In this document: piece by piece, positions 48,120 to 57,930 of the stretch | How positions within the stretch are numbered: the stretch's first letter is position 1 | How the letters are laid out: each line of letters starts with the position of its first letter | The notes under the pieces: model-generated | Told to the model about the DNA's origin: nothing | The model's input: only the letters and a program-made list of their open reading frames with translations | Databases searched by the model: none | Made by a program: the position numbers and the translations under genes | Source of the DNA: a virus | DNA length: 64,000 nt | Direction: 5' to 3' (one strand) | Virus record (IMG/VR): IMGVR_UViG_3300028430_000572 | Coordinates: 4,354 to 68,353 of that record

Positions 48120-48236
48120 TGTCGTCTCCTGCGGGTCGACCCGCGTCAGTTTGCCCGAGTCGCTCGGGCGAGCGTTGGGGCATCGCGCCCCGAATCCGCC
48201 CGATGGCTCGCTTCCGCGAGCGGGGCGGGATGTGCG

Positions 48237-48521
48237 TCAGTGCACGACGATTTCGATATCCATCATCCCGGCCACGCTCACGGTCACGCTGCCGCCTTTG
48301 ATCGCGTCGCCCTTGACGCTCATGGCCTGCCCGTTTTCGATCGACACCCGAGCGATCTGCACAAGATCGGTCGCGGGGATCTTGACCCCGAAAGCCCCGT
48401 TGGTAGTGCCGGTGATGTCGGCGGTCTGAGTCTTGCCGCCGACCGTCACATTCACGCGGTTGGCCTTGTCGAGCATGAGGACCACGCGGCGGGTCATCTT
48501 CGTGCTGGTCTTGGTCGTCAT
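48237..48521 (-). CDS. Hypothetical protein
   Basis: AGGAG RBS; 94 aa, beta-rich. Confidence 0.6.
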   Translation of the reverse strand: MTTKTSTKMTRRVVLMLDKANRVNVTVGGKTQTADITGTTNGAFGVKIPATDLVQIARVSIENGQAMSVKGDAIKGGSVTVSVAGMMDIEIVVH

Positions 48522-48587
48522 TCGTCTGCTCCTGTCGTGCCCTGTCCGCCGGGCTCGCGTGTCGGGGTCATTCGCCCCGACCCCATA

Positions 48588-48671
48588 AAGATACCCGACA
48601 TTCACGCATCGGGCGACAAATCGGGGCTCGATTTCGTGGCGAAATTGCCAAATCCCCCATTTGCGGGGGTC
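48588..48671 (-). promoter_or_regulatory. Class B promoter repeat
   Basis: GACCCCCGCAAATGGGGGATTTGGC + palindrome + TATCTT 43 bp from the palindrome; shared with 51306..51389. Confidence 0.65.
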
Positions 48672-49336
48672 GTACCCCGGTTATTCGTGCGATATCCGGG
48701 GGCGGGTCGGGGCGGGCGACGATGCCCCGCGACCGGCGACGATGCCCCGGGGCGGGCCGATGTGCGGGGCGACCCGCTGCACGCATCGGGATCGGGAGCG
48801 AGCCACGGCGAGTCGTCGGGCGGCAGGACGAGCCGTACTCCTGCCGCATCCTCAGCATCGAGCGTTTCGGCTCGCGTGAGCCTCACGCCGAGTTCGTGCG
48901 GATACCAGTGCCAGCCGCGAGCATCGCGCAAGGTCGGCCCGAGCGGCAAATCCATCCCGCTCGGCGTGTGGCCTTCGGGCACGCGACCCGTCGCGATCGC
49001 GGCGACGTTCAAGAATCGAAGCCACTGCATTTCCCGCCACGATGTCGGCGAGTCGCTATGGCTTTGCAGCGCAAACATCCCGACGGGCAGCCTCGCCGTC
49101 TCGATCGTCTGCCCGTCGGCATCGACGCGCGCGACGCGCAGCACTTGGGAGTCGTTGTCGGGCTGGGACTCGGTAACGATCATCGCCACGGCGAATCGCA
49201 CGCCGTACTGGATCGGATGCACGAGCGGGATTCGTCGCCCGATCAACTTGCCGCGCGACTCGGCGACGGCTTGACGCTCGGCGGCGCTGGCGGCGACAGT
49301 ATCGAAATCGCGATAGGCGGTCTGCTGCATGGTCAT
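48602..49336 (-). CDS. Hypothetical protein
   Basis: AAGGAG RBS; C-terminus runs through the promoter repeat. Confidence 0.55.
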   Translation of the reverse strand: MTMQQTAYRDFDTVAASAAERQAVAESRGKLIGRRIPLVHPIQYGVRFAVAMIVTESQPDNDSQVLRVARVDADGQTIETARLPVGMFALQSHSDSPTSWREMQWLRFLNVAAIATGRVPEGHTPSGMDLPLGPTLRDARGWHWYPHELGVRLTRAETLDAEDAAGVRLVLPPDDSPWLAPDPDACSGSPRTSARPGASSPVAGHRRPPRPAPGYRTNNRGTTPANGGFGNFATKSSPDLSPDA

Positions 49337-49362
49337 GCTCCTTGGGTGTGCGGAAAGATTCG

Positions 49363-49611
49363 TCAGCGAATCGGACGCTCATCGCGAGCGGCGGTGTCGG
49401 TCGCGTTCAGGATCAGCCCGGCAGCGAGCACGGACAACGCGAGCAAGCCGAACGCCACGCCAGCGACGACGAACGCGACGCGAGGCCCGTAGATCGCGAA
49501 TGCGAGCAGCAGGGCAAGCGTCGCGCCAATGGCGAGGCCGACAACGGGATTTTGGATGCGAGCGGGACGAACGGGGCGGCGAAGTCGAATCCGTGCGATG
49601 CGATGGCTCAT
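49363..49611 (-). CDS. Small two-TM membrane protein
   Basis: Two hydrophobic helices; AGGAG RBS. Confidence 0.55.
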   Translation of the reverse strand: MSHRIARIRLRRPVRPARIQNPVVGLAIGATLALLLAFAIYGPRVAFVVAGVAFGLLALSVLAAGLILNATDTAARDERPIR

Positions 49612-49713
49612 GGCCGATCTCCTGTGGCCCCTGTCCGCCGGGGCTCGCGTCTGCCCAATATACGAGCAATCCGCCGCGAGCGCGTCAGCACGCGCGGCGA
49701 TTTCGTGGCGAAA

Positions 49714-51243
49714 TCAGAGCGAGTCGTAGATATCGGCGACCGGGGCATCCTCGAAGCACGACGACGACCAAACCTTATCGGCGAAGGTGCGGGTCTGCTT
49801 CGCCATGTGATCGGAGCAACCGATTAGCATCGCGAAGATCGAAGCGCCGCGCGTAGCCCGTAGCGAGTTGAGGCGATCGATTGTGGACTTGCCGATCGGC
49901 CCTTCGCCGTCGGTCAGCATGAGCACGTCGGCGCGTTCGTACTTGGCCGAGGCGATCATGTCCGCCGCGCGGCAAAGCGGCGGGTCGAAGTTTGTCCCGC
50001 CGCCTGTACCCCGGCGAGCGAAGGCGGCAAGCGTCCGATCGGCGAGCGAGATACCCGCCGATCGCGTCGAAGCGTCGCGAGCGAGCACCGAAAATTCGGC
50101 AGTGACCGAACCTTGGAAGCACACGCACGCCCAGTCACGATTCTGACGCGCGGCGACATTCGCCAGCGCGAGCGAGATGGCCTTGGCCTTCGCCTCGTTC
50201 TGCCCGCTCATAGATCCCGACTCATCGAGCAGCACGATAATCGGCCCGCGACCTTGCGGCTCTTTGTGCTCAACTTCGTATGAAGCGGCAGCAGCATCGG
50301 CAAGGCGAGCCATTGCGAGCAATCGGCGCGGGCGAGACGGCGAGCAGAGTTCGACCAATTCCTCGTCAAGCAGTCGGGCGGGATCATCGCCCAGCGTGAT
50401 ATCGACGATGGCCCCGGCATCGTGCCGGCACTTCGCGGCCTGCTTGTCAAGCGCCGTCGAAGTCTCGCGCCCCAAGATTTCGAGCAGCCGCCGAAACTTC
50501 GGCCCGGCGTTCTTTACGGCATTGGCAAGTCGAATCTTCTCGGACACGGGCAGCCCGCCCATAGCCTCAGAGGAGCCGAGCCCGAACAATCGCGCGGCCT
50601 GCTTGACGGCCTGAGCATCGTCCACGGCCTTGCCCATCGCGCGATCGACTACCTTCGCCATGCTCGCGCCGTTCTCGCTGATCGCACGACCGAGATCGCT
50701 CGCGGCGGCGTTGGCACGGGCCTCAGCACGCTCGGCGTTTTCGCGCTGGTCGATGATGTCGCTCGGGTCCGCGTTTTCGTCGCTCGCCATCATCTCGGCA
50801 AGAGCCTTCGCATCATCGGCCTCGGCCTTCGCCTCGGCGGCGTTCTTCGCGGCCTTCTGCACTTCGTCGGGAGTCGCTTGGCACACTTCGCAAGCGATCG
50901 AAGCCACGCCGAGCGCTGCGGCGAGATCGTCGCCAACCGTGTGCTGGCGGAGCGTGTAGTACTGGTCATGCTTGCGGAGCCGGTTCGCGAGATCGCGAGC
51001 GAGCGCCGATCCGTTGCCCGAATCCTGCGGGCGATGCTTGGCGAGCAAGTTGAACGCATCGAAGCCGAAAGATTCAACGACCGGGCCGGGGAGTTTGGTA
51101 CGATACTGCGATTCAAGGGCCTCGTTCATCGCGCCGCACGAGTCGCGTGCGGCGGCGAATGAGATTTCGTCTACCCGCGTGTGCTTTATCGCTTGCCCGT
51201 TCGGGTCGAATCGCTTGGCGGGCGTTTGTGTCGGCGTGTCCAT
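49714..51243 (-). CDS. VWA-domain protein (ViaA-like)
   Basis: MIDAS DESGS, GGTNF and LTDGE motifs. Confidence 0.88.
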   Translation of the reverse strand: MDTPTQTPAKRFDPNGQAIKHTRVDEISFAAARDSCGAMNEALESQYRTKLPGPVVESFGFDAFNLLAKHRPQDSGNGSALARDLANRLRKHDQYYTLRQHTVGDDLAAALGVASIACEVCQATPDEVQKAAKNAAEAKAEADDAKALAEMMASDENADPSDIIDQRENAERAEARANAAASDLGRAISENGASMAKVVDRAMGKAVDDAQAVKQAARLFGLGSSEAMGGLPVSEKIRLANAVKNAGPKFRRLLEILGRETSTALDKQAAKCRHDAGAIVDITLGDDPARLLDEELVELCSPSRPRRLLAMARLADAAAASYEVEHKEPQGRGPIIVLLDESGSMSGQNEAKAKAISLALANVAARQNRDWACVCFQGSVTAEFSVLARDASTRSAGISLADRTLAAFARRGTGGGTNFDPPLCRAADMIASAKYERADVLMLTDGEGPIGKSTIDRLNSLRATRGASIFAMLIGCSDHMAKQTRTFADKVWSSSCFEDAPVADIYDSL

Positions 51244-51305
51244 CGTCGTCTCCTGTCTGCCCGATCCGCTCGGGCGTGCGTCGTCGCGTGCATCGCGACA
51301 CCATG

Positions 51306-51389
51306 AATGTACCCGCCATTCGCGACCCGGGCGACAAATCGGGGCTCGATTTCGTGGCGAAATCGCCAAATCCCCCATTTGCGGGGGTC
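51306..51389 (-). promoter_or_regulatory. Class B promoter repeat
   Basis: About 60 bp nearly identical to the 48.6-kb copy; TACATT 43 bp from the palindrome. Confidence 0.65.
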
Positions 51390-51395
51390 AAGTGT

Positions 51396-52004
51396 TTATC
51401 GATCTGAGCGTGCGGGCAAAGCGTGTCCGAGCCGCCCGTTTCGCCGCATCGTCGCGAGCGTGTCCGCGAGCACTCGCATCCGCCGCGTCGCCGTCGGCGG
51501 GTGTATACCCGCCATCTTCGCGGCGTGCGTGATCGAGCGCGCTCCGTGCGCAATCGCGTAGATGAGGGCATGGTCCTTGTCGTCTGCCATCGCGAGCACG
51601 GCCTCGGCTTCGGCGAATCGATCGGGGTCCGAACTCGCGAGCGTCGCCGAGATCATCGCGAGCGAATCGCCGCCCGGTTGCTCGCGCGTTCGCGGGCGAC
51701 GCTTGAGGAATTGCTTGTAGCGTGCGCAGATGAATTGTGCATCGGCGTTGCCGGTCGCCTTGCGCCGATCGAACCATGCCGACCAGACGCGGCGGCGATC
51801 CGCCATGAACTCCACGAACGCGGAAATCGATTCGTCAGCGTCAGTCCCGATCGGCGTGAGCGAAGCGAGCAACGCGCGATTGGCGGCGACCCACTCGAAG
51901 AACTGCACGATGGTCATGCTGGCCCACGCGGGCCGAGCGTGCCGCCGGATGATCGCGAGCAAGTTGTCGGTCGGGAAGTCGAGGCGAGAAAACGGGCGTG
52001 CCAT
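51396..52004 (-). CDS. Sigma-factor-like / C-terminal HTH transcription regulator
   Basis: C-terminal RSITHAAKMAGIHPPTATRRM resembles sigma region 4; 202 aa (ECF-like size). Confidence 0.55.
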   Translation of the reverse strand: MARPFSRLDFPTDNLLAIIRRHARPAWASMTIVQFFEWVAANRALLASLTPIGTDADESISAFVEFMADRRRVWSAWFDRRKATGNADAQFICARYKQFLKRRPRTREQPGGDSLAMISATLASSDPDRFAEAEAVLAMADDKDHALIYAIAHGARSITHAAKMAGIHPPTATRRMRVLADTLATMRRNGRLGHALPARSDR

Positions 52005-52118
52005 GTGCGATGTCCTGTCTCGCCCCGATCCGCCCGGGGCTCGCGTGCGGGGCGTTGTGCCCCGAAGCGAGCGGGACGGCGCTGGCCGTCCCGCTCGTGA
52101 TTTCGTCGCGAAATCGGC

Positions 52119-53474
52119 TTAGCCGATATTCATCGCGGCCAAGTCTTCGAGTGCCAACCCGCCGTCGCGTCCCTGCGCGACCTTCGCGATGATGCCGGTA
52201 AGTTCGTCGATAGCCGTCCGCGTATCGGCAAGCAGCACGCGGTCGTCCGCATCCTCGGCATCGCTTGCGAAGATGTCGAGTTTCGCGGCGGCGGAATTCA
52301 TGGCCGAGTGTGACTTGAGTGCCGCCGATGCCGCCGCGATCAGGTCCACCGACTTGCCCGGGTCGCGAGCCGGGCCGACGTTTGCAGCCTTGAGCAACGC
52401 CGCGCGCTCTTCGCGGACTTCTTCGAGCAGGCCGCGCACGCCGTGAGCGAAGGGCGACAGATACGCCGGGAGAACTTCGCGGATCGTGCCCGCGTCCTGG
52501 TCAGTGTTCCACGCGATCATGGCGAGCGGGGCAAGGTCTTTGCTGATCGCGGCAGTACGGCCCGCGAGCACGGCGTAGGCGCGAATGATGCGGATGGCCT
52601 GCACCCATCGGCGGTCGGAAATCTGCACGCCCTTCGTCGCGAGCGTGCGGCGAATCTGCCCGAGCGGCTCGATGATTCGCGACACATCGACCGCCGCCAC
52701 GAGCCGGTCCATTTCGGCGAGATCGGTATCGGTGAACTTCACAGGGCAGGCCGCAGGAGCGGGCGAAGAGACAGTGCCGAGCATCCGCGAGAAGTCGGCA
52801 TCGTCGAGCGGGCGGACTGTCAGTTTAATCGGGAATCGGTCGAAGAACGCCGCGAGCAGGGCGGGGTCTTCGGGGTATTCATTGGACATCCCAACAAGCG
52901 TGCGAGTCGGAGTCGCGTGCATCTGCCCGTTGTCGGCGAACTGCCGTTCATTCGCGATTCGGAGCAGCGCGTTCAAGATTGCAGACGAACCTTTGAATAC
53001 TTCGTCGAGGATGCCGACCTTGGCGCTGGGCAGGAAGCCCGCAGTCTTCGTACGAGTCTCGCCGCGCTCAAGTGCCGCGATGTCGATAGGGCCGAATACT
53101 TCGGCAGGCCGCGAGAACTTCGACAGCAGCACATCGAAAACATCGCCCGGCTGATCGGCGAAGGTGCTCGCCCACTTCTGGGCGACCATCGTCTTGCCGG
53201 TGCCGGGCGGGCCGAGCAGGAGCACGTTTGCTCGGGCGAGCACGCCGAGCGTCATGGCTCGCACCACTTCGTCGCGCCCGATGGCCTGAGATCGGACCCA
53301 CGCCTCGGCGGCTTTGATCCGCGCAACGAGATCGGGATTCGCGATCGCGGCGGGCTTCGGGGCGGCGGGCTTGGGCTGAGCCGTCGCGGCGGGCCTCGGC
53401 GTGCTGGGCAGCCGATGCTCAAGGGGAGTCGAGCCGGGCTTGCGGGTCGGGGGTTTGGGGAGATTTGTCGCCAT
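52119..53474 (-). CDS. MoxR/RavA-family AAA+ ATPase
   Basis: GPPGTGKT, ILDEVFKGSSAILNALL, SNE, FFDRF and ISDRRW motifs. Confidence 0.9.
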   Translation of the reverse strand: MATNLPKPPTRKPGSTPLEHRLPSTPRPAATAQPKPAAPKPAAIANPDLVARIKAAEAWVRSQAIGRDEVVRAMTLGVLARANVLLLGPPGTGKTMVAQKWASTFADQPGDVFDVLLSKFSRPAEVFGPIDIAALERGETRTKTAGFLPSAKVGILDEVFKGSSAILNALLRIANERQFADNGQMHATPTRTLVGMSNEYPEDPALLAAFFDRFPIKLTVRPLDDADFSRMLGTVSSPAPAACPVKFTDTDLAEMDRLVAAVDVSRIIEPLGQIRRTLATKGVQISDRRWVQAIRIIRAYAVLAGRTAAISKDLAPLAMIAWNTDQDAGTIREVLPAYLSPFAHGVRGLLEEVREERAALLKAANVGPARDPGKSVDLIAAASAALKSHSAMNSAAAKLDIFASDAEDADDRVLLADTRTAIDELTGIIAKVAQGRDGGLALEDLAAMNIG

Positions 53475-53482
53475 AGGTGATG

Positions 53483-53566
53483 TCCTGTCAGTTTGCCCGA
53501 TCGGCTCGGGCGTGCCTTGGGGCGTTGTGCCCCGAATCCGCCCGGCCTGCTTTCGCGGGCCGGGCG
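53483..53566 (-). repeat. Structured intergenic leader repeat, copy 2
   Basis: Near-identical to 46878..46962. Confidence 0.8.
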
Positions 53567-53576
53567 GGGCGTTGTG

Positions 53577-53954
53577 TCAGTCGATCGCGCTGCCAACTTC
53601 GGCCATGCTCGTCGTGCCGATTGTCCAACAACCCATCGCGTTTGCCGTAGCGATCATCGTGCCGACCGATTCGCGCAACGCACGATACTGCCCGGCGAGA
53701 TTTTCGATTTGCGGCATTCCTTGAAGGATGCCGTAGGGATTCAACTCGTGAGCATTTCCGGCGAGCACCCGCTCGGCGGCGCGATCGAGTTCGCGGCGTT
53801 CGCTGGCGATGCGGCGAGCGAGCGTCGCGGCGACGCGATCCATCTCGCGAAGCGTGAGATAGGTGCCGCTCAAGATATGCCCCTGCGGCGTGTCAATCTT
53901 GGTGTCGCCCATCATGGCCCGCACGGAGTCGCTCGTGATTTTCTTAGTCGTCAT
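53577..53954 (-). CDS. Hypothetical protein
   Basis: First gene after the class B promoter at 54.0 kb. Confidence 0.55.
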   Translation of the reverse strand: MTTKKITSDSVRAMMGDTKIDTPQGHILSGTYLTLREMDRVAATLARRIASERRELDRAAERVLAGNAHELNPYGILQGMPQIENLAGQYRALRESVGTMIATANAMGCWTIGTTSMAEVGSAID

Positions 53955-54020
53955 TTGTCGTCCCTGTCGTGTGCCCCTGTCCGCCGGGGCTCGCGTTGTC
54001 GGTCGATCGCCGACACCATG

Positions 54021-54104
54021 AATATACACCATATCGACGAGCCGGGGTACAAATCGCGGTCAATTTCGCCGCGAAATCGTCAATATCCCTCAATCGCGGG
54101 GGTC
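54021..54104 (-). promoter_or_regulatory. Class B promoter (diverged copy)
   Basis: GACCCCCGCGATTGAGGGATATTGAC + palindrome 54063-54077 + TATATT 42 bp away. Confidence 0.6.
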
Positions 54105-54164
54105 GATGCCGCGATGCGGGCAAAATATCGGCGATCGAGCACCCCCGCGATTGGGGGATACGGC

Positions 54165-55811
54165 TCACGCCCCATGCCCCAATTCTCGGGCGATCGCGTC
54201 CGCCGCCCGCTCCCGCGCGTTGCCGGAGATCGTCGAGCCCGTGGCCTCATCGATCGCCCCGAGGGCCTCGGCGGGATGCTCATCGGGATCTGAGCCCTCG
54301 GGCATATCGACGATCATCGATACGATCCCGCGAGCCCTGAGCGTCGCGGCGGACTCGCTCGCTCCGAGTCGGCCCGCCTCGTCGCCGTCGGCGAGCACTA
54401 CCGCTCGATCAATCTTGAGCCGACGCAGCCACTCGGCCTGCCGAGCCGTGAGTCGCGATGAGCCGACCGCGAGCACGGGCGGGCAAGCGCGACGAGCGGC
54501 GAGCGCGAGTCGCTTATCGAATCGCGCGGCGGGATACGGCGAGCGGAGTTTGTGCTGATCGCGCAGCACGCGGCGGAACATCGCCATCTCCACCGCCGCC
54601 GCATCGATCGGCCCCTCCACGAGCACGGCCACGCCATGAGCGGCGGCGCGGATCATCGTCTGCGGGCTTCGCCACTGGAACGATGAGCCCTTGGAGTAGA
54701 TCCATGAGTTCGGCGTAGACCACCATTTCGGCGTGCGGTCGCCGTCGAGATCGCGAGCACCGAAGCCGATTGGAGTGCGGCCCGAGATCGATAGGATCGG
54801 GACGACGAGCCGCCCCGCGAGTTTGTCGGCAAGCGCCCGGGTCATCGCGAGCGGCGGGGTCGAGCCGTTAATTTGTGCGCGGGCGCGCTCGGCCTGCTTG
54901 AAGAGTTGCTCGGCATCGCCGAACACTTGAAACGGCATCATCGGCGTATTGAGATCGTCGGACGGGATGCGGCGATCGATGATGTTCGGCGTGCCAAACT
55001 CGCGGAAGCCGACGTTGAATATCCGCTTGCGTGCCATATATCGCGAGAGCATGATGTCGGCGGTCTGCCGGTCATCGTCGAACCCGGACCTGCTCGGGCT
55101 GCCGAGTATCGCGTTGTCGAGAAGCCAAGATAGATATCGCTCTTGCAGAGATGCAATTGCGTTGTGATGCTCAAGTCCGACTGTTGATCCGTTGCCGGTC
55201 GCGTGCGACCATTTGAGGTTTGTATCGATCGGAAACGATTTCGTCACGAAATCGAATCCGGTCTTTGCGGACACGCATTCGAGCCTGTGAAACATCCCGG
55301 CCATTTTCGCTGGCTCGGGCCGCATCTGGCACTCTTCGCGATCGCGGACAATTTTGTCCCACGCGCGATCGATCGTTTGCATGATCGGCGGATCGTAACT
55401 GGCCTGCTTTCGATCTTCGATGATCGTACGAAATCGGTCGATAGCATCATCGATTACGTCGCCGTCGCTGTCGTCGGTGATGCCGAGTCGAGCGGCGAGG
55501 TTCGCGATGGCCTTGCCTTTCGCGAGCCCTTCGGCGTGCGCGATGTAGTCGATTACATCGCCGCCAACTGCGCACGAGAAGCAGTGCCAACGATCGTCGT
55601 AAAGGTGCAGCGTCGCCCTGCTCTTGCTTGTCTTCGAGCAGGCGGGGCACGGGTGGTTCGCTTCTTTGCGAGAGTAATCGAAGCCGTAAGCGATCGCGGC
55701 CTTGACGATATCGAGTCGCTGCTTGATAAGCCCGGCAACGCGAGAAATGTTGCGTATCGGCACTTCGCAGGTTATCGAGTCGTCATCGAATGAAGCCGTG
55801 TTGATCGACAT
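54165..55811 (-). CDS. dnaG: DNA primase
   Basis: Zinc finger CPAC ... WHCFSC-GGDVI, IGFGAR, TOPRIM VEGPID and DGDEAG. Confidence 0.9.
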   Translation of the reverse strand: MSINTASFDDDSITCEVPIRNISRVAGLIKQRLDIVKAAIAYGFDYSRKEANHPCPACSKTSKSRATLHLYDDRWHCFSCAVGGDVIDYIAHAEGLAKGKAIANLAARLGITDDSDGDVIDDAIDRFRTIIEDRKQASYDPPIMQTIDRAWDKIVRDREECQMRPEPAKMAGMFHRLECVSAKTGFDFVTKSFPIDTNLKWSHATGNGSTVGLEHHNAIASLQERYLSWLLDNAILGSPSRSGFDDDRQTADIMLSRYMARKRIFNVGFREFGTPNIIDRRIPSDDLNTPMMPFQVFGDAEQLFKQAERARAQINGSTPPLAMTRALADKLAGRLVVPILSISGRTPIGFGARDLDGDRTPKWWSTPNSWIYSKGSSFQWRSPQTMIRAAAHGVAVLVEGPIDAAAVEMAMFRRVLRDQHKLRSPYPAARFDKRLALAARRACPPVLAVGSSRLTARQAEWLRRLKIDRAVVLADGDEAGRLGASESAATLRARGIVSMIVDMPEGSDPDEHPAEALGAIDEATGSTISGNARERAADAIARELGHGA

Positions 55812-57223
55812 TACACGCCCACGATCGGGAGGATGGCAGCCGACTCGTAGCACCCGTGCGCAGGCCAGCCCTGCACGTCGCCGGGGCCACGACGATCCAG
55901 CATCACACTAATACGCACTTCGCCAAGGTCTTGCATTTGCTGATCGCGATAAATGCCGATCGCAACATCCGCCGAACGCTCGGCCTCAGACGACCCGCCG
56001 AGATCGCGAGGCAAGTAATAGCCGCCACGCTTCTCGGCGAAGTCGCGACCGTCGCGCGATATCTGATGGCACGCAACAACCCAAGCGCCGCGACCGTCCT
56101 TGAAGTCGAGCGAGAGTTGCTTGAGTTCGCGCAGCACTTCGGCCAACTTTGCAACGTCGGATCGCTGAGGATTCGTTGGTTCAAATAACATCGTGTGATC
56201 GACCATAATGAGATCGACCGGATGCTTGCGCGACACTTGCTCGGCGACCGCTGCAATGTCAGAAACGGTCGTGCCGCGCGACGCTTGCCAATACGAAATC
56301 GCCCCGCGACTGCCCGACGAAAGATCGGCGACCGATGCTCGAAGCGCCGACTCTTCGCTCGGCGATAGCGTTCCGCGATCGTATCGACGATGATCGATGC
56401 CGCCGTTAATAAAGTTGTGCGAATGCCTGAGAATCATCATCGTGCGAACGTCTGACCGCTGCTGCTCGGCGGTGACAACGAAGCATCCAAACTTGGCCTC
56501 GGACGCACCGTACACGAACTCTTTGGCGAGTTGCGTCTTGCCGTCTTTGGCATACCCCGCGACAAGCCACAAGCGGCCAGCACATCCGCCGCCCGTCAGA
56601 CTGTCGATGCGAACATGCCCGGTTGCAATACGACGCTTGCTGTCGCCGCGCTTAGCGTTGTCGTAATCGACGAGGGCTTGCGATGCGTCGTCGGAAAGCG
56701 TGCTGATCTCTTGGCCTGACGAGACAGACGCGATTTCGCTTGCAAGGTTCGCAATGTCTTTGGCGATGCCGCGAGCACCGTTCGACTTGAATCGCTTTGA
56801 AATGTCGAGAAGTCGCTGGGCTGCGATATCGTCTGCGGACGATTCGATAATCGCGTCTATCGCCGCACGAAACTCGTGATGAGTGATTGCATCGATCGAC
56901 TTCGACTCGATGCACATAATCGAGTCGATGCAAGATATCGTCGCTTCGGCAAGACGGCGGCGCGGTTTGTGTTCGGGGCTTGTCGATTTCAGCGTCTTGG
57001 CAAGTCGCTTGCGCGCGAGCGAAACAACGAGAGATGCAGGGGCAAATCGCCGCTTCCCGGCAAGCGAAGCCTGAATGCGATGCGACCGCATGACAGTCAA
57101 AACGATTTTGAGTTCATGCGATGTTGCGTGCTTGATGTCGATCGATTGCAATTCTTCGATTCGCTCGGGCGACTGTGCAAGGCCAAGCAAGATTGTCCGT
57201 TCGTCTGGCGGGAGATCGGTCAC
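55811..57223 (-). CDS. dnaB: Replicative DNA helicase
   Basis: AGYAKDGKT, IMVDH, HQISR and GSSEAERSAD motifs. Confidence 0.85.
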   Translation of the reverse strand: MTDLPPDERTILLGLAQSPERIEELQSIDIKHATSHELKIVLTVMRSHRIQASLAGKRRFAPASLVVSLARKRLAKTLKSTSPEHKPRRRLAEATISCIDSIMCIESKSIDAITHHEFRAAIDAIIESSADDIAAQRLLDISKRFKSNGARGIAKDIANLASEIASVSSGQEISTLSDDASQALVDYDNAKRGDSKRRIATGHVRIDSLTGGGCAGRLWLVAGYAKDGKTQLAKEFVYGASEAKFGCFVVTAEQQRSDVRTMMILRHSHNFINGGIDHRRYDRGTLSPSEESALRASVADLSSGSRGAISYWQASRGTTVSDIAAVAEQVSRKHPVDLIMVDHTMLFEPTNPQRSDVAKLAEVLRELKQLSLDFKDGRGAWVVACHQISRDGRDFAEKRGGYYLPRDLGGSSEAERSADVAIGIYRDQQMQDLGEVRISVMLDRRGPGDVQGWPAHGCYESAAILPIVGV

Positions 57224-57873
57224 GGCCTGCCTCCGAGTCGATGAATAGATTGCAAAGCAGCCTTGTCGCGAAGCACGCGGCTTGATGGCAAAGCCTTGAC
57301 GCGAGCGGCAAGCGTAGCACCGTATTTTGCGGGCATTTCTCGAATGTCATCTCTTGTAGCGATGATCGTCAAGCACGCCCGGCTCGATCGCTTGATAAGA
57401 ACGTCCGCAATGACTTGAGGCACGAACTTGCTCGCTGTGTCATCGTTCACGACGATCGCCAAAGCGTGAGCGTTACGAACGTCGATATTCCATCGCTCAG
57501 ACTCGGGTTCGTTCGGCTTGAAGATGGCGTTTACGCCGTCGTCCACGAGTCGATACCCGGCCTTGCGACCCGAGTCGATTGCGTGTCTGATCGGGTACGC
57601 CGCACAATCAATGCGAGTCTGCAAATGGGCAACGTGAATCCATACCAGTTCGTGCGATGCGTGAGTTACGATTTTGCGGAAGAAGATCGCAGCAGCGGTC
57701 GCAGACTTGGATTGCAAGTAATCTGCCCCGCAGCACACTTCGGGCAATCCGGCGCGATGATACTCGGCTCGCCGCGACGCTTCGAGCACGCACTCGCAGC
57801 GAACCGACTTGCCGCGATCGAACGTATATCCGCGTCCGCCGCATTTGACGCAAGTTGTGATAATCGAAGTCAT
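57220..57873 (-). CDS. DnaC/IstB-like helicase loader, degenerate
   Basis: CVKCGGRG ... CEC N-terminus, AGLP and TIIAT; no intact Walker A; adjacent to dnaB. Confidence 0.55.
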   Translation of the reverse strand: MTSIITTCVKCGGRGYTFDRGKSVRCECVLEASRRAEYHRAGLPEVCCGADYLQSKSATAAAIFFRKIVTHASHELVWIHVAHLQTRIDCAAYPIRHAIDSGRKAGYRLVDDGVNAIFKPNEPESERWNIDVRNAHALAIVVNDDTASKFVPQVIADVLIKRSSRACLTIIATRDDIREMPAKYGATLAARVKALPSSRVLRDKAALQSIHRLGGRP

Positions 57874-57930
57874 CGGCCAATATACCCGAACTGACGGTGA
57901 TTTGACGGACGATCAATTTCGTGGCGAAAT
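57874..57930 (-). promoter_or_regulatory. Class A promoter
   Basis: Palindrome 57916-57930; TATATT-N5-ATG, 43 bp spacing. Confidence 0.65.

Noticed and set aside
46005-49274. 1089-aa plus-strand ORF
   Set aside because: Antisense shadow of well-supported minus-strand genes with high GC3; Arg/Gly-rich with no motifs.
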